Part shown: piece after piece, positions 38,606 through 48,010 of the stretch
Layout of the letters: each line of letters begins with the position of its first letter
How positions within the stretch are numbered: position 1 is the stretch's first letter
Assembly: GCA_024760505.1 (NCBI GenBank)
Contig: CP058931.1
Span: 352,136-416,135, forward strand
From: Nitrospira sp.
GTDB lineage: Bacteria > Nitrospirota > Nitrospiria > Nitrospirales > UBA8639
Length of the DNA: 64,000 nt
Direction: 5' to 3'
The notes under the pieces: model-generated
What the model was told of the DNA's origin: nothing
Databases searched by the model: none
What the model saw: only the letters and a program-made list of their open reading frames with translations
Position numbers and translations under genes: made by a program

Positions 38606-40870
38606 CTATGGTTGAACCAGAACCGTAACCGAAACCGCCGTCCAATCAGAGATCGGCAACCCAACCGGCATGGCCTGAGCGTCCAAATGATTAGAAGGAT
38701 CAGGTGGAAAAGATTCCGCAGGGCGGTCTTGAATATATCCGATGCTTTCGGGCATGGAATTTTGGGGCGGCAGTTGATCGACCATGGCCAATGGCGTTTG
38801 TTCCACAGTGCTCATAGCGGACTGGGAAACCGGAGCCACGGAATCATCAGGAACGGTAATCAACCCTCGAGTCACACTTCCGACTAACTCCTGCCTCAAA
38901 CTGGCCAAGTGGGCTAAGGAGTTGGTGCTTTGAGGACTCCCAATGCCCTGGGAATTGCCACCCGCCACCGCCTGGCGAATCCGTTGGGCCAATTCAGAAG
39001 TCGTACTCGCAAAAACCCTGATCGTATCCACGCCCGGAGGATTCGCATAATCAAAATGGAATCCCGCTTGATTTCCGGATTGCAATGAATCGGGCAACAA
39101 GACCGTACGGCCCGCCTTGATGAAGCCATCAGGATAATACCGTGGATTTTGATAAGAATTGGGGAACAACACATTCACGTTCCCTTCCGCGTCCACATCC
39201 ACGATCGTAATGTACGCATCCGTATCGGAAGTGACTTCCAATTGCAGACTGTTAGACAACGACCGGGGTTCATTCGCCTTCCGGATGTGATAGACCGGGG
39301 CCTCCATTTTGTCGCTCACCACGGCGATCCCCCGCTCTCCGACCTGAACCACCCGCACACTCACGCTCATCTGACTCGTAGGGTTTTCCAGGTTCAGCAG
39401 TTGCGACGCATTCCGTGACTGCACCAACACTTGAGACAAGGCAGCAATCGCTTGAGTCCCGGGCTTTGCAGGCAATGACATCAACTCCATGGTGCCATCC
39501 GCGCTCAAGACATGCAGCCCGTCCCCCCGGCTTTCTACAATGAAGCGGGCGAATTCCTGATCTCCCACAAATTTCACATCACCCATTTGCTTCCCCAGCA
39601 ACTCTTTCAATTGCTTGGCTTGCACGGGTGGAACATTTCGAAGAGCAACCGGAATGGCCTTGGACTCAGGAGCCGGAGCGACGAGAACCGCACGGCTTTT
39701 CGAAGATATTTCGGCTTGTTTCGGCGAAATCACCGCTACGGCATTCTGCCCGTCCGACGCTTGCACTACCGCAAAGGCCTGGGCTTTCGCCGGATCAAAT
39801 GCCACTTCTCCTTCCGGATAGATGCCCCATACCGAACCGGGATCGGCTCCGAGCGAGAGGGCGTTCACTAACTGTACATAACCCCCTGTTTGCGGTTGCA
39901 CCGCCACCCAGGAACGACGGGCGGAACCGGTCTGCGCCTTCACGAGGCCCGGCGGTTCGGCAAGAGCCGAAAAGAATGGCAACTCCATTCTTGCCTTAGA
40001 AGCTTCAAGCTGAGGTTCGGGCATACTGGTCCGCCCGAATTGATTTTGAATCCGCTTGAGTTCCTGTTTGGCTCCGGAAAAAATCTCGCGGGTCGACGCA
40101 CCCATGGGAGCGGATTGTAAACTCTTGAAGAGGGAGTGGGTAAAAAATCCATGGTATCGGCCGTCCACCGGCCCATCCAGGGCCTCTTCATGGGAAGCCG
40201 CTCCACTGAATAGCACATACGAATGAAGATTCACCGGCACAATGGCCCGTGTCGCCACTCCACCTTTTTTATACAGATTCACCCGACGATCCGCCGGAAC
40301 GGATCGCACCCGCACTTCCAACCCCCTTGTGGCAGTCCCGGAATGACAGGAATCGAGAACAACGACCGCCTTGGACGTTTTCAATTGTGACAGGATCTCG
40401 TCCAACTCATCATCGGTAATATCGGGAACGCCTTCCGTCCGGCCATCAGCCGGAACAATCGTCTCATCCAATTGATCATCCAGCTCATCTCCATTCAGAT
40501 CCTCAACCTGAGATCCATGTCCTGAATAATGAATGTAGACCACATCATTGGGACCGGCTTCTGTCACAATCCGATGTAAACCGGCTAGGACCCCCTCCCG
40601 GGTTGCTGCTTCATCCCGGATAATGTGGATATCCTGTTCGGCAAACCCATACCGTGACAGCAGGACCTGATGCACCAAATCAATATCATTTTTTGATCCA
40701 GGGAGCTGTGGCAAAACCTGATATTTTCCAATGCCGATCAAGAGAGCTCTTTTGACCGAAGGCGCACCAGCCCCGAATGCCGCAGGCATTGTCACGATCA
40801 ACGTATGCCCGACAAATAGAACGACAGTTAAAAGAAGGAGCAGTGTGGGGGAAAATGGGCACCTTTTCAT
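38606..40870 (-). CDS. Caspase-family (peptidase C14) protein with C-terminal DUF4384-like domain, N-terminal signal/anchor
   Basis: His/Cys dyad contexts VYIHYSGHGSQ and VVVLDSCHSGT. C-terminal segment LQLEVTSDTDAYITIVDVDAEGNVNVLFPNSY...GVDTIRVFAST matches the DUF4384 pattern. I prefer the start MKRCPFSPTLLLLL at 40870 (AAGAGG RBS). Confidence 0.8.
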   Translation of the reverse strand: MKRCPFSPTLLLLLTVVLFVGHTLIVTMPAAFGAGAPSVKRALLIGIGKYQVLPQLPGSKNDIDLVHQVLLSRYGFAEQDIHIIRDEAATREGVLAGLHRIVTEAGPNDVVYIHYSGHGSQVEDLNGDELDDQLDETIVPADGRTEGVPDITDDELDEILSQLKTSKAVVVLDSCHSGTATRGLEVRVRSVPADRRVNLYKKGGVATRAIVPVNLHSYVLFSGAASHEEALDGPVDGRYHGFFTHSLFKSLQSAPMGASTREIFSGAKQELKRIQNQFGRTSMPEPQLEASKARMELPFFSALAEPPGLVKAQTGSARRSWVAVQPQTGGYVQLVNALSLGADPGSVWGIYPEGEVAFDPAKAQAFAVVQASDGQNAVAVISPKQAEISSKSRAVLVAPAPESKAIPVALRNVPPVQAKQLKELLGKQMGDVKFVGDQEFARFIVESRGDGLHVLSADGTMELMSLPAKPGTQAIAALSQVLVQSRNASQLLNLENPTSQMSVSVRVVQVGERGIAVVSDKMEAPVYHIRKANEPRSLSNSLQLEVTSDTDAYITIVDVDAEGNVNVLFPNSYQNPRYYPDGFIKAGRTVLLPDSLQSGNQAGFHFDYANPPGVDTIRVFASTTSELAQRIRQAVAGGNSQGIGSPQSTNSLAHLASLRQELVGSVTRGLITVPDDSVAPVSQSAMSTVEQTPLAMVDQLPPQNSMPESIGYIQDRPAESFPPDPSNHLDAQAMPVGLPISDWTAVSVTVLVQP

Positions 40871-41148
40871 GATAAACCTCTTATCAAGCCTGCCGTGGAA
40901 TGGATCCATAGTCTATCGGTCTTTGTGTCGTCTCTCAACCTTTTGTTATGTGGTAAGTCTCCCCATTTCCCCAAAAGGTTCAAAGGCAACCATAAGAGAC
41001 AACCAATCAACCCTTCATCATTGTCGAATTCATACATGGCACAGAGGGGAGATGGGGTATGGCGCATGATTCAAAGTCAACGCTAAACAGCCGCTGTCCC
41101 TTCCAACAGGCTCGCCTATTGTCTTCTGAAGCCTCCTCCCCTATGCTA

Positions 41149-41174
41149 GAAAACCAATTGACATGGTCATCGTC
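41149..41174 (+). promoter_or_regulatory. Candidate ECF-type promoter (GAAAAC-N16-CGTC) upstream of the ECF sigma gene
   Basis: GAAAAC (41149-41154), a 16-nt spacer, then CGTC (41171-41174), 69 nt upstream of the ATG. Resembles the AAC...CGT autoregulatory promoters of ECF sigma factors. Motif match only. Confidence 0.3.
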
Positions 41175-41242
41175 GCTTCTGACAGCCCACTCCCAGGGAG
41201 CGCAACGGCTAGATCTGCAGCTGAAATTGAACCACCCGCCCC

Positions 41243-41827
41243 ATGAGCTCGACCAACTGGCAGGACCTCACGGATTCAGACTTGCTCCAATCCTGCATCC
41301 CGAATAACCAGGAAGCCTTTGCTATCCTCTATCAACGATATGAAAAACGGGTATTCCAATACCTCATGACGATTCTGAATGAAGCGACATTAGCTGAGGA
41401 AACCTTAGTGGAAGTCATGCTGGCCATATGGAAAGGCCTCCAGACCTTTCAAGGACAATCAAAAGTTTCCACCTGGATTTTTGGGATTGCCCATCATAAG
41501 GCCGTGGACGCTCTGCGCAAAGTCACCAGCCTGCAAAGGGGCGGCATACCATTGGAGGACATCGTCGAGACAGCAGCGTCCAATGAAAATCCGTTGAACG
41601 ATACACAACAGAAACGGATGGCTGAACTCACCAACCAGGGACTCATGACCTTATCACCGGATCACCGGGAGATTTTGCATATGGCGTTCTTTGAAGAACT
41701 CTCCTATCCGGAAATTGGAAAATTATTAGACATTCCGGTTAATACGGTAAAAACGCGAGTGTACTATGCCAAGCAGCAGCTCAAAAAGAGTCTCCAGCAC
41801 CAGGGAGTGACAAAGGAAATTATTTAA
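41243..41827 (+). CDS. ECF-family RNA polymerase sigma factor (sigma-70 regions 2 and 4)
   Basis: Region 2 (FAILYQRYEKRVFQYL ... FQGQSKVSTWIFGIAHHKAVDALR) and region 4 (EILHMAFFEELSYPEIGKLLDIPVNTVKTRVYYAKQQLKK). Confidence 0.9.
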   Translation: MSSTNWQDLTDSDLLQSCIPNNQEAFAILYQRYEKRVFQYLMTILNEATLAEETLVEVMLAIWKGLQTFQGQSKVSTWIFGIAHHKAVDALRKVTSLQRGGIPLEDIVETAASNENPLNDTQQKRMAELTNQGLMTLSPDHREILHMAFFEELSYPEIGKLLDIPVNTVKTRVYYAKQQLKKSLQHQGVTKEII

Positions 41828-41832
41828 ACGAG

Positions 41833-42525
41833 ATGGAACCCGAAGAGCCGATTCATACCGAGGCAACCCTCCTCCCGGGCTATGTCAGCCGAACGCTGAC
41901 TACCAAGGAGCGCGAAGAGGTCGAACTTCATTTGGAATCATGCGCCTCCTGCCGGCAGGACCTTCAGGAGACCAAGAGCATGCATACTGCATTACAAACC
42001 GCCATCGAAAAACGGCCAGGGCCTTCACCAGCAGCTTTTGCCGAGGTCATGCGCCGTATTCAACAGGAATCTCAATCAGCGCCAACAACCGTTCGGCAGG
42101 GACAGGAGAACTCCTGGTGGGAATCGATTGAAAGAACCTTTCGTTCACTGTTCGAAGTCCGATGGGCTCCGGCCCTGGCCAGCCTATTGATTGTCGGACA
42201 GGCAGTCCTCTTGCTCTCAGTTCTCGGAGGGCCGGAAGGAGAGATTACACCTGGCTCAAGTCCGGTGATTGAACGAGGCATTCCACCAGGAGCTCCAGGA
42301 ATCCCGCGCATTAAGATTCAGGTCACATTCGTCGAAACCGCACAGGAAATCAATATTCGTCGCCTGGTGCAGGGCCTGGGCGGGCAAATAATACACGGCC
42401 CAACACCCGAAGGCTTGTATACGCTAGGGTTTGAACACAAAGGAACCGATTCTCGGGAATCCATCTTATCCGCTCTCAACGCCCATCCAGACCTCATCAA
42501 CACAGCCACAGCTCTCCACCCTTGA
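41833..42525 (+). CDS. Anti-sigma factor (zf-HC2 N-terminus, one TM, periplasmic C-domain)
   Basis: HLESCASCRQDL is the H-x3-C-x2-C zinc motif. TM WAPALASLLIVGQAVLLLSVLGG. Located 5 nt downstream of the ECF sigma gene. Confidence 0.75.
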   Translation: MEPEEPIHTEATLLPGYVSRTLTTKEREEVELHLESCASCRQDLQETKSMHTALQTAIEKRPGPSPAAFAEVMRRIQQESQSAPTTVRQGQENSWWESIERTFRSLFEVRWAPALASLLIVGQAVLLLSVLGGPEGEITPGSSPVIERGIPPGAPGIPRIKIQVTFVETAQEINIRRLVQGLGGQIIHGPTPEGLYTLGFEHKGTDSRESILSALNAHPDLINTATALHP

Positions 42526-42662
42526 ACCTTTGGGGTGTTCCTCTCGACTGACTCTCCAACAACAGCCTCGGGCAGAAAGGTCCAACTGAAATCGTGAATT
42601 TGCCCTTTCGGCAAGCAAAACCTAGAATAAAATCGAGCTATTGCTACTGATTGGAACAACCC

Positions 42663-44165
42663 ATGCCACCATCGCACCGACAGATTTATTTTGGCTCCTA
42701 TGGTCTCACGATGGCGGCGATGACGACTATCATGGGACTGTCATTCTTGTTTCCATCATCCGGACGGACGGGCTTTCTGGATAACGCCCTGGATTTTGGA
42801 AAGGATCTCCTGGGCAAAGCGGCGAGCAATTACTCAAAAAAATATGAACAAAAATTAACCCGATTGCTCCAATCCCTGCGTCAACCGGTAGTGGGCAATC
42901 AACCCTTCATTCAGGGCATCACACCCGGCAACCCCTATGACCCCAATTCGTTCGGTGGTCAAAATCCCTATGACTCGAACGGTTCCTACGGCACAACCAA
43001 ACCTAACTATGACAATCAATGGAATCCGTACGGACAAAATCCCGGATATCCTCAGGGAGCTCAACAGGGTGGCTATGCCGGGCATCCCCCTGGAATGAGC
43101 TATCCGACCGATCCCAATTATGCCGGATATCCCCCTGGCGATCCCAATGCCTATTCGCAGGGCCAAGGCTCCTATGACCCCTATAATTCCAACCAGGGCT
43201 ATCCTTCCGGTGGAGGCTATGGGCAATATCCGAACCAGACATCTCCCGCAGATCCAAATTCTGGCAATAATCCCTATGGTCAATTCCAACCATACGATCA
43301 GAGACAGGGAGGGTACCCGTTAAACGACCCAAATAGAGGAAGCGCCGGCTATCCCTCGACCCCTTATCCCCGGCAAGGAGGACAAAACCCTTCCTATCCA
43401 TATGGTGGAGAGCGATACCCTGGACAGCCGGATCCACTCTCACCGCAAGGCAGGTATGACCCTTATCAACCACAAGCTCAATCTCCGCAATCACCGGCAT
43501 ATACTCAACCCGGATCCCCTTCATATCCTTCCAACCCGAGTGTGGAACCACCAACACCACCGGCCATTGGGCTCGTTGAAGGACTTAAACTTGACGTCGC
43601 CCTCGTCAAAAAAACATTCGTCAACGGAGCCGAAACCCTTACACCAATTCAAGATGGGGATATTCTGAAAGACGGCCGCGGCAATGCAAAGACTGGGGAG
43701 AAATTCCGGATGATGTTCAGGGCAAATACCGATTGTTATGTCTATGTCATTGCCATTGACGGATCCGCCTGGGCGCAGGGGGTGTTTCCCTCGCTTACGT
43801 CGCCTTTCGCCAATCCCATCAAGCAGGGGCAACAATATGTCATCCCGGATAACAATAATTGGTTCAGCCTGGATCAATTCAAAGGAATTGAAACCGTTTT
43901 CTTTGTGGCCTCACCGGACAAACGTCGAGATATTGAAGAGATCCTGGCGAGCATTGGGGGACGGGAACGCCATCCCGCAACCACACCCCAACAGATTACC
44001 GAAGCACCGATCATTCCGGCAGGATTCTATGGACGCCAACAAAGCACCACACCTTTTACCATTGAGCAGAGCAGCGCCTCAGACCAGGATGTGATGCCGA
44101 CCACCTACTTCACCCAAAAAGCCGGCGAGGCCTTACGAGTCACTCGATGGTTCCGACACGAATAG
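42663..44165 (+). CDS. Membrane-anchored protein: conserved N-helix, ~225-aa Y/G/Q/N/P-rich low-complexity region, C-terminal DUF4384-like domain (paralog 1 of 3)
   Basis: C-terminal KFRMMFRANTDCYVYVIAIDGSAWAQGVFP...WFSLDQFKGIETVFFVASPD fits the DUF4384 pattern. Ends in LRVTRWFRHE. Low-complexity region at nt 42882-43562. Confidence 0.75.
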   Translation: MPPSHRQIYFGSYGLTMAAMTTIMGLSFLFPSSGRTGFLDNALDFGKDLLGKAASNYSKKYEQKLTRLLQSLRQPVVGNQPFIQGITPGNPYDPNSFGGQNPYDSNGSYGTTKPNYDNQWNPYGQNPGYPQGAQQGGYAGHPPGMSYPTDPNYAGYPPGDPNAYSQGQGSYDPYNSNQGYPSGGGYGQYPNQTSPADPNSGNNPYGQFQPYDQRQGGYPLNDPNRGSAGYPSTPYPRQGGQNPSYPYGGERYPGQPDPLSPQGRYDPYQPQAQSPQSPAYTQPGSPSYPSNPSVEPPTPPAIGLVEGLKLDVALVKKTFVNGAETLTPIQDGDILKDGRGNAKTGEKFRMMFRANTDCYVYVIAIDGSAWAQGVFPSLTSPFANPIKQGQQYVIPDNNNWFSLDQFKGIETVFFVASPDKRRDIEEILASIGGRERHPATTPQQITEAPIIPAGFYGRQQSTTPFTIEQSSASDQDVMPTTYFTQKAGEALRVTRWFRHE

Positions 44166-44173
44166 AGTTTTCA

Positions 44174-45613
44174 ATGAAGACACAGACACGATCCACCATC
44201 GCCACGATCCTCATCTCAGCCATGCTGGCTTCATGCTCCACTCCCCAAGGACAGGGTGACTTTTCGCAGAGCATCCCCTGCCAGTCCGGCAGTGCACAAT
44301 TGACCGAAAGTCCAATGGCATCGTTTGCGAAACAGGTCATTCTTAATCCGCTGGCCAATATCGGAGGCACGCTGTTGGCAACCGCTGCGGCAAATTACAG
44401 CCAACACTATACAGACAACTTAAATACGCTCCTTACCAAACTCGTCACACCGAAAAAGAAAAAGAAGAAGCAGTCTGATCAATCTTACGGTGACCAGGGA
44501 TTCCAGCAGGGCCAACAAATCGATCCCTACACGGGCCTTCCGGTTCAGATTGATCCCTATACGGGTCTTCCTATTCAAACCGACCCGAACACCGGCCTGC
44601 CGCTCCAGGTTGATCCCAATACCGGACTCCCCATGGAAAACCAACAAGGGTTTGATCCCGGACAATTTCCTGGAGATCCCAACTACGGGTATGGCGGGGC
44701 ACAACCCTTCAATGATGGAACATCACAATACGGATTTGATGCAAACTATCCACCTGTCCAAGGGCGTGGAGTACCGGGGCAGCTACCCCACGCAAGATTT
44801 CCCTCAACCCCTTGCGACCAGGAGGCGAACCCGCAGGCCTTCCAGGCCGGCAATTCACAAAACCAACCTTACGGCTACGATCCCAATGTGGCGCAACAAG
44901 ATTATCCTCAAGATTCGAATGCGCAGGGCTATACACAAGCAGATCCTTATGCCCAACAAACCTACCCGCAAGACTCCTATACGCAGACAGGACCGGAGAC
45001 AGGAGTCCAAACCCAGGAGACAGGAACTCCGATCGGATTGGATGTCATCATGGTGAAGAAAGCTATTCGAAACGGAGCTCCGGTGGTCCTCCCGATTCAA
45101 GACGGCGACGTCCTCAGAGACGGACGCGGGAATGCGGCGGCGGGCGACAAATTTCGGATCATGTTCAGGCCCAACAGCGATGGTCATGTCTACGTTATCG
45201 CCATTGACGGTTCAGGCTGGGCGCAAGGCATCTTTCCGCCGCCAACGGCTCCCTTGGCGAATCCGGTGAAAGCAGGCGAGCAATACGTAATTCCCGAAGG
45301 CAACAACTGGTTTAGCCTTGATCAATTCAAAGGGATTGAAACCATCTTTTTCGTCGTGTCGCAGGACAAGCGGCAGGATATCGAAGAAATCCTCCAAAGC
45401 ATCACCGGGCACGAACGTCCGGCATCCGAAAGTCCCCATCAGGTGACCAAAGTAGCCATGGTACCCAATGGGGTCGGAGGAACCCGGCCGAGCGCCAAAC
45501 CGTTCGGCCTCCCGGAAGGGTCAGGTCCGGATCACGCCATTATTCCCACAAGTTATCTGGCACAACAGGCCGGGCAGGATCTGCGGCTCACTCGCTGGTT
45601 CCGCCACGAATAG
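44174..45613 (+). CDS. Lipoprotein: low-complexity region + DUF4384-like domain (paralog 2 of 3)
   Basis: Lipobox ISAMLASC. K6 tract, four 10-aa repeats and a Q/P/Y/D-rich region (nt 44447-45028). C-terminal KFRIMFRPNSDGHVYVIAIDGSGWAQGIFP... Ends in LRLTRWFRHE. Confidence 0.75.
   Translation: MKTQTRSTIATILISAMLASCSTPQGQGDFSQSIPCQSGSAQLTESPMASFAKQVILNPLANIGGTLLATAAANYSQHYTDNLNTLLTKLVTPKKKKKKQSDQSYGDQGFQQGQQIDPYTGLPVQIDPYTGLPIQTDPNTGLPLQVDPNTGLPMENQQGFDPGQFPGDPNYGYGGAQPFNDGTSQYGFDANYPPVQGRGVPGQLPHARFPSTPCDQEANPQAFQAGNSQNQPYGYDPNVAQQDYPQDSNAQGYTQADPYAQQTYPQDSYTQTGPETGVQTQETGTPIGLDVIMVKKAIRNGAPVVLPIQDGDVLRDGRGNAAAGDKFRIMFRPNSDGHVYVIAIDGSGWAQGIFPPPTAPLANPVKAGEQYVIPEGNNWFSLDQFKGIETIFFVVSQDKRQDIEEILQSITGHERPASESPHQVTKVAMVPNGVGGTRPSAKPFGLPEGSGPDHAIIPTSYLAQQAGQDLRLTRWFRHE
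44519..44638 (+). repeat. Four tandem 30-nt (decapeptide) repeats inside paralog 2
   Basis: IDPYTGLPVQ / IDPYTGLPIQ / TDPNTGLPLQ / VDPNTGLPME, read directly from the translation and the DNA. Confidence 0.85.
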
Positions 45614-45699
45614 GGTGGAAAATGCATCGGCCACCAAGATAAGCATGGCGTCATTTCATTAGATAGTTGGCTGGTATACACCTGACCTTCAACTCTTCA

Positions 45700-46962
45700 A
45701 TGACTCACTCCCCCCCACGACGTCCCTGGCTGCTCATGGGTACGAGCCTTCTCTTCAGCGGTTGTATGGCGCTCCCCTTTTTAATTCCCCCACTCGTAGA
45801 ATTCGGGGCCAACCTCTTGAGAACAGCGGTTAACAATTACGGGGACGCCCATGAACAAAACATGGAACACCTGCTAGTGGCCCTTCAACAACGGAACAAT
45901 CCAATGATATCCCAAGGCATTATTGCTAATCCTTATGGAAAACCCGGCGGCGTTCAACAAACGGCGTATCCCGATCAGGGTTACCAGACTACGCAAGGAT
46001 ATCCCGCTCCTCAGAGATATCCATCCTCTCCAGCCTACCCTCAACAACCGTATGACCCTTATCAAAATCAGCAGCCGCAATACGCCGGGAATGGTCCCTC
46101 TCCGAATAACCCCTACCCGGACCAAGAGCAACAAGGAAATCCCTATTCCACTAATCCTGTCTACCCCAACCAACAAGCCTCGGTCCCAGGATATTCCTCC
46201 GCTCCACAGAATCAATATCCTCAGCAAAGCCAACAGGCCAATGCCTATCCGAATACTCAGACTATGTATCCCAATCAGCAGAATCCGTACCCGAATCAGG
46301 CGCCCAATCCGAATCAACCACCAGAGACTCCCGAATACCAGACCGCTCAGCTGGAAATAGCACAGACCAGCCCCGTGCCGATCAGCCTGGATGTGCTGCT
46401 GGTCAAAAAGCATATGGTCAATGGGGTGCAGTCCTACCTGCCCATTAAGGACGGGGACATCCTTCTGGATGGCAGAGGCAATCCGCAGGCGGGTGATAAA
46501 TTTCGTGTCATGTTCCGCGCCAATACCGATTGCTACGTGTATGTGATTGCGGTGGACGGATCGGCCTGGGCTCAGGGAATTTTCCCGACAGCCTCCAGCC
46601 CGTTTGCCAACCCGATCAAAGCCGGTCAGCAACATATTCTCCCGGAAGGAACGAATTGGTTCAGCCTGGATCAGTTCAAAGGGATCGAAACCATCTTCGT
46701 GGTGGCATCCCGCGCACCGCGCCAGGATATCGAACACATTCTGACGACCATTACCGGGCGCGAACGAAGTCCGACCGAAAAACCCCAAGCAGTTAGCGAA
46801 CCCGCGATCATTCCCAATGGTTATTCCGGTGCACGTCCAGGTTTATCTCCCTTTGCATTTCCAACCGCACAAAACCAGCAACAGGAATTACTTCCCACCA
46901 CCTACTTTGTCAAAACCGCCGGCGAAGACCTCCGCATCACCCGCTGGTTCCGTCATCAGTAG
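45700..46962 (+). CDS. Lipoprotein: low-complexity region + DUF4384-like domain (paralog 3 of 3)
   Basis: Lipobox LLFSGC. Q/P/Y/N-rich region (nt 45889-46341). C-terminal KFRVMFRANTDCYVYVIAVDGSAWAQGIFP... Ends in LRITRWFRHQ. Confidence 0.75.
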   Translation: MTHSPPRRPWLLMGTSLLFSGCMALPFLIPPLVEFGANLLRTAVNNYGDAHEQNMEHLLVALQQRNNPMISQGIIANPYGKPGGVQQTAYPDQGYQTTQGYPAPQRYPSSPAYPQQPYDPYQNQQPQYAGNGPSPNNPYPDQEQQGNPYSTNPVYPNQQASVPGYSSAPQNQYPQQSQQANAYPNTQTMYPNQQNPYPNQAPNPNQPPETPEYQTAQLEIAQTSPVPISLDVLLVKKHMVNGVQSYLPIKDGDILLDGRGNPQAGDKFRVMFRANTDCYVYVIAVDGSAWAQGIFPTASSPFANPIKAGQQHILPEGTNWFSLDQFKGIETIFVVASRAPRQDIEHILTTITGRERSPTEKPQAVSEPAIIPNGYSGARPGLSPFAFPTAQNQQQELLPTTYFVKTAGEDLRITRWFRHQ

Positions 46963-47041
46963 CCTAAACTACAAATGAAATGATGAAGATTGAGTGTATG
47001 GAAACTTCATTGCGGCCATTTGAAATAAAAAGGTTTTTCTT

Positions 47042-48010
47042 TTGGGAGCCGGGTTTAACCTTGACGCCAATTCATTGGTTCCCCCATATCAAGCTACAAA
47101 TTTTGCCGGACAAAAATACGAAATTCTCGGCCACTATCCAAACATGGAGAAATTAGCTTCTCTTATTTTTCCTGGTGAGACAGTTACAAATTTTGAGGCT
47201 AGGTTAGCCCAGGCAATTGAGGAGGTTGACAAAAATCGGTTGGCGAAATTTGTGGATACATTGATGGACGCCGACCATTATATAGGTGGTCGGTTGAAAG
47301 GAAACAACATTTATCAACGTTTTCTCAGATATTGCGGCCCTACGACGCTTCTAAGTTTTAATTATGATGCCTTTCTTGAAATCCAGTTATTTAAACAGGA
47401 CCTTTGGTACCCTCAGGACGGTTTTGGTGTTTCAGCCTATATTGAAGTTCCCCTAAATATTGAATATTCATCGAAAACTAAATCAACCTCCAAAGTCTTA
47501 CATTTACACGGGACATACCTTCTTTATAGTGTTGATTTTGAAATCTCAGAGCCTGACATGCACAACATAGGTCGGGTAAATCCTGCAGCTAAACCCAAAT
47601 ATATATTCGATCCGGAGCGTTTGGTGCATGATTTCCCTCCTTATGTTTCCCCGCCCGTCTCCTATGGATACAAACAACTTCAAAATAGGATCATCGCACC
47701 CCTGCCAGATAAGTCTACAGGTCTTACCGAACCCTATATTCAAGAATGCTATTCCAAAGCCATTGAAGAAGTTAGGCAATCGGATTATCTCGTGGCCATT
47801 GGATATAGCTTCGCAAAATCTGATGAAAAATCCTATGGTCCACTTTTAGGAACTTTCAGGAACCGAAGAGGAAGCGATGGGAAAATCGTAATCATAGATC
47901 CCCAAGCGGAAAATATTGCAATTCGATTGCGGGAAGAATTCCCTGGAAGGTATCAGCCTATTCCCCTCAGCTTCGCTAATTGGGTTGAACACAATTTCCC
48001 GCTTCAGTAA
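47042..48010 (+). CDS. SIR2_2-like (sirtuin-fold) domain protein, N-terminus uncertain
   Basis: LGAGFN (Rossmann Gly motif), LLSFNYD (TNYD-like), KVLHLHGTY (catalytic His context) and YLVAIGYSFAKSD. The only in-frame start is a TTG placed directly on the Gly motif. See the finding at 46983-48900. Confidence 0.6.
   Translation: MGAGFNLDANSLVPPYQATNFAGQKYEILGHYPNMEKLASLIFPGETVTNFEARLAQAIEEVDKNRLAKFVDTLMDADHYIGGRLKGNNIYQRFLRYCGPTTLLSFNYDAFLEIQLFKQDLWYPQDGFGVSAYIEVPLNIEYSSKTKSTSKVLHLHGTYLLYSVDFEISEPDMHNIGRVNPAAKPKYIFDPERLVHDFPPYVSPPVSYGYKQLQNRIIAPLPDKSTGLTEPYIQECYSKAIEEVRQSDYLVAIGYSFAKSDEKSYGPLLGTFRNRRGSDGKIVIIDPQAENIAIRLREEFPGRYQPIPLSFANWVEHNFPLQ

Noticed and set aside
45874-46788. 304-aa ORF on the minus strand, plus similar long antisense or off-frame ORFs at 42855-43289, 43003-43560, 44490-45056 and 45923-46360.
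   Set aside because: They lie entirely inside the low-complexity and repeat-rich parts of the three DUF4384 paralogs. Biased codon composition there keeps other frames open. Their translations are R/I/L/G-rich nonsense with no motifs, while the plus-strand frames have signal peptides, conserved domains and mutual paralogy.
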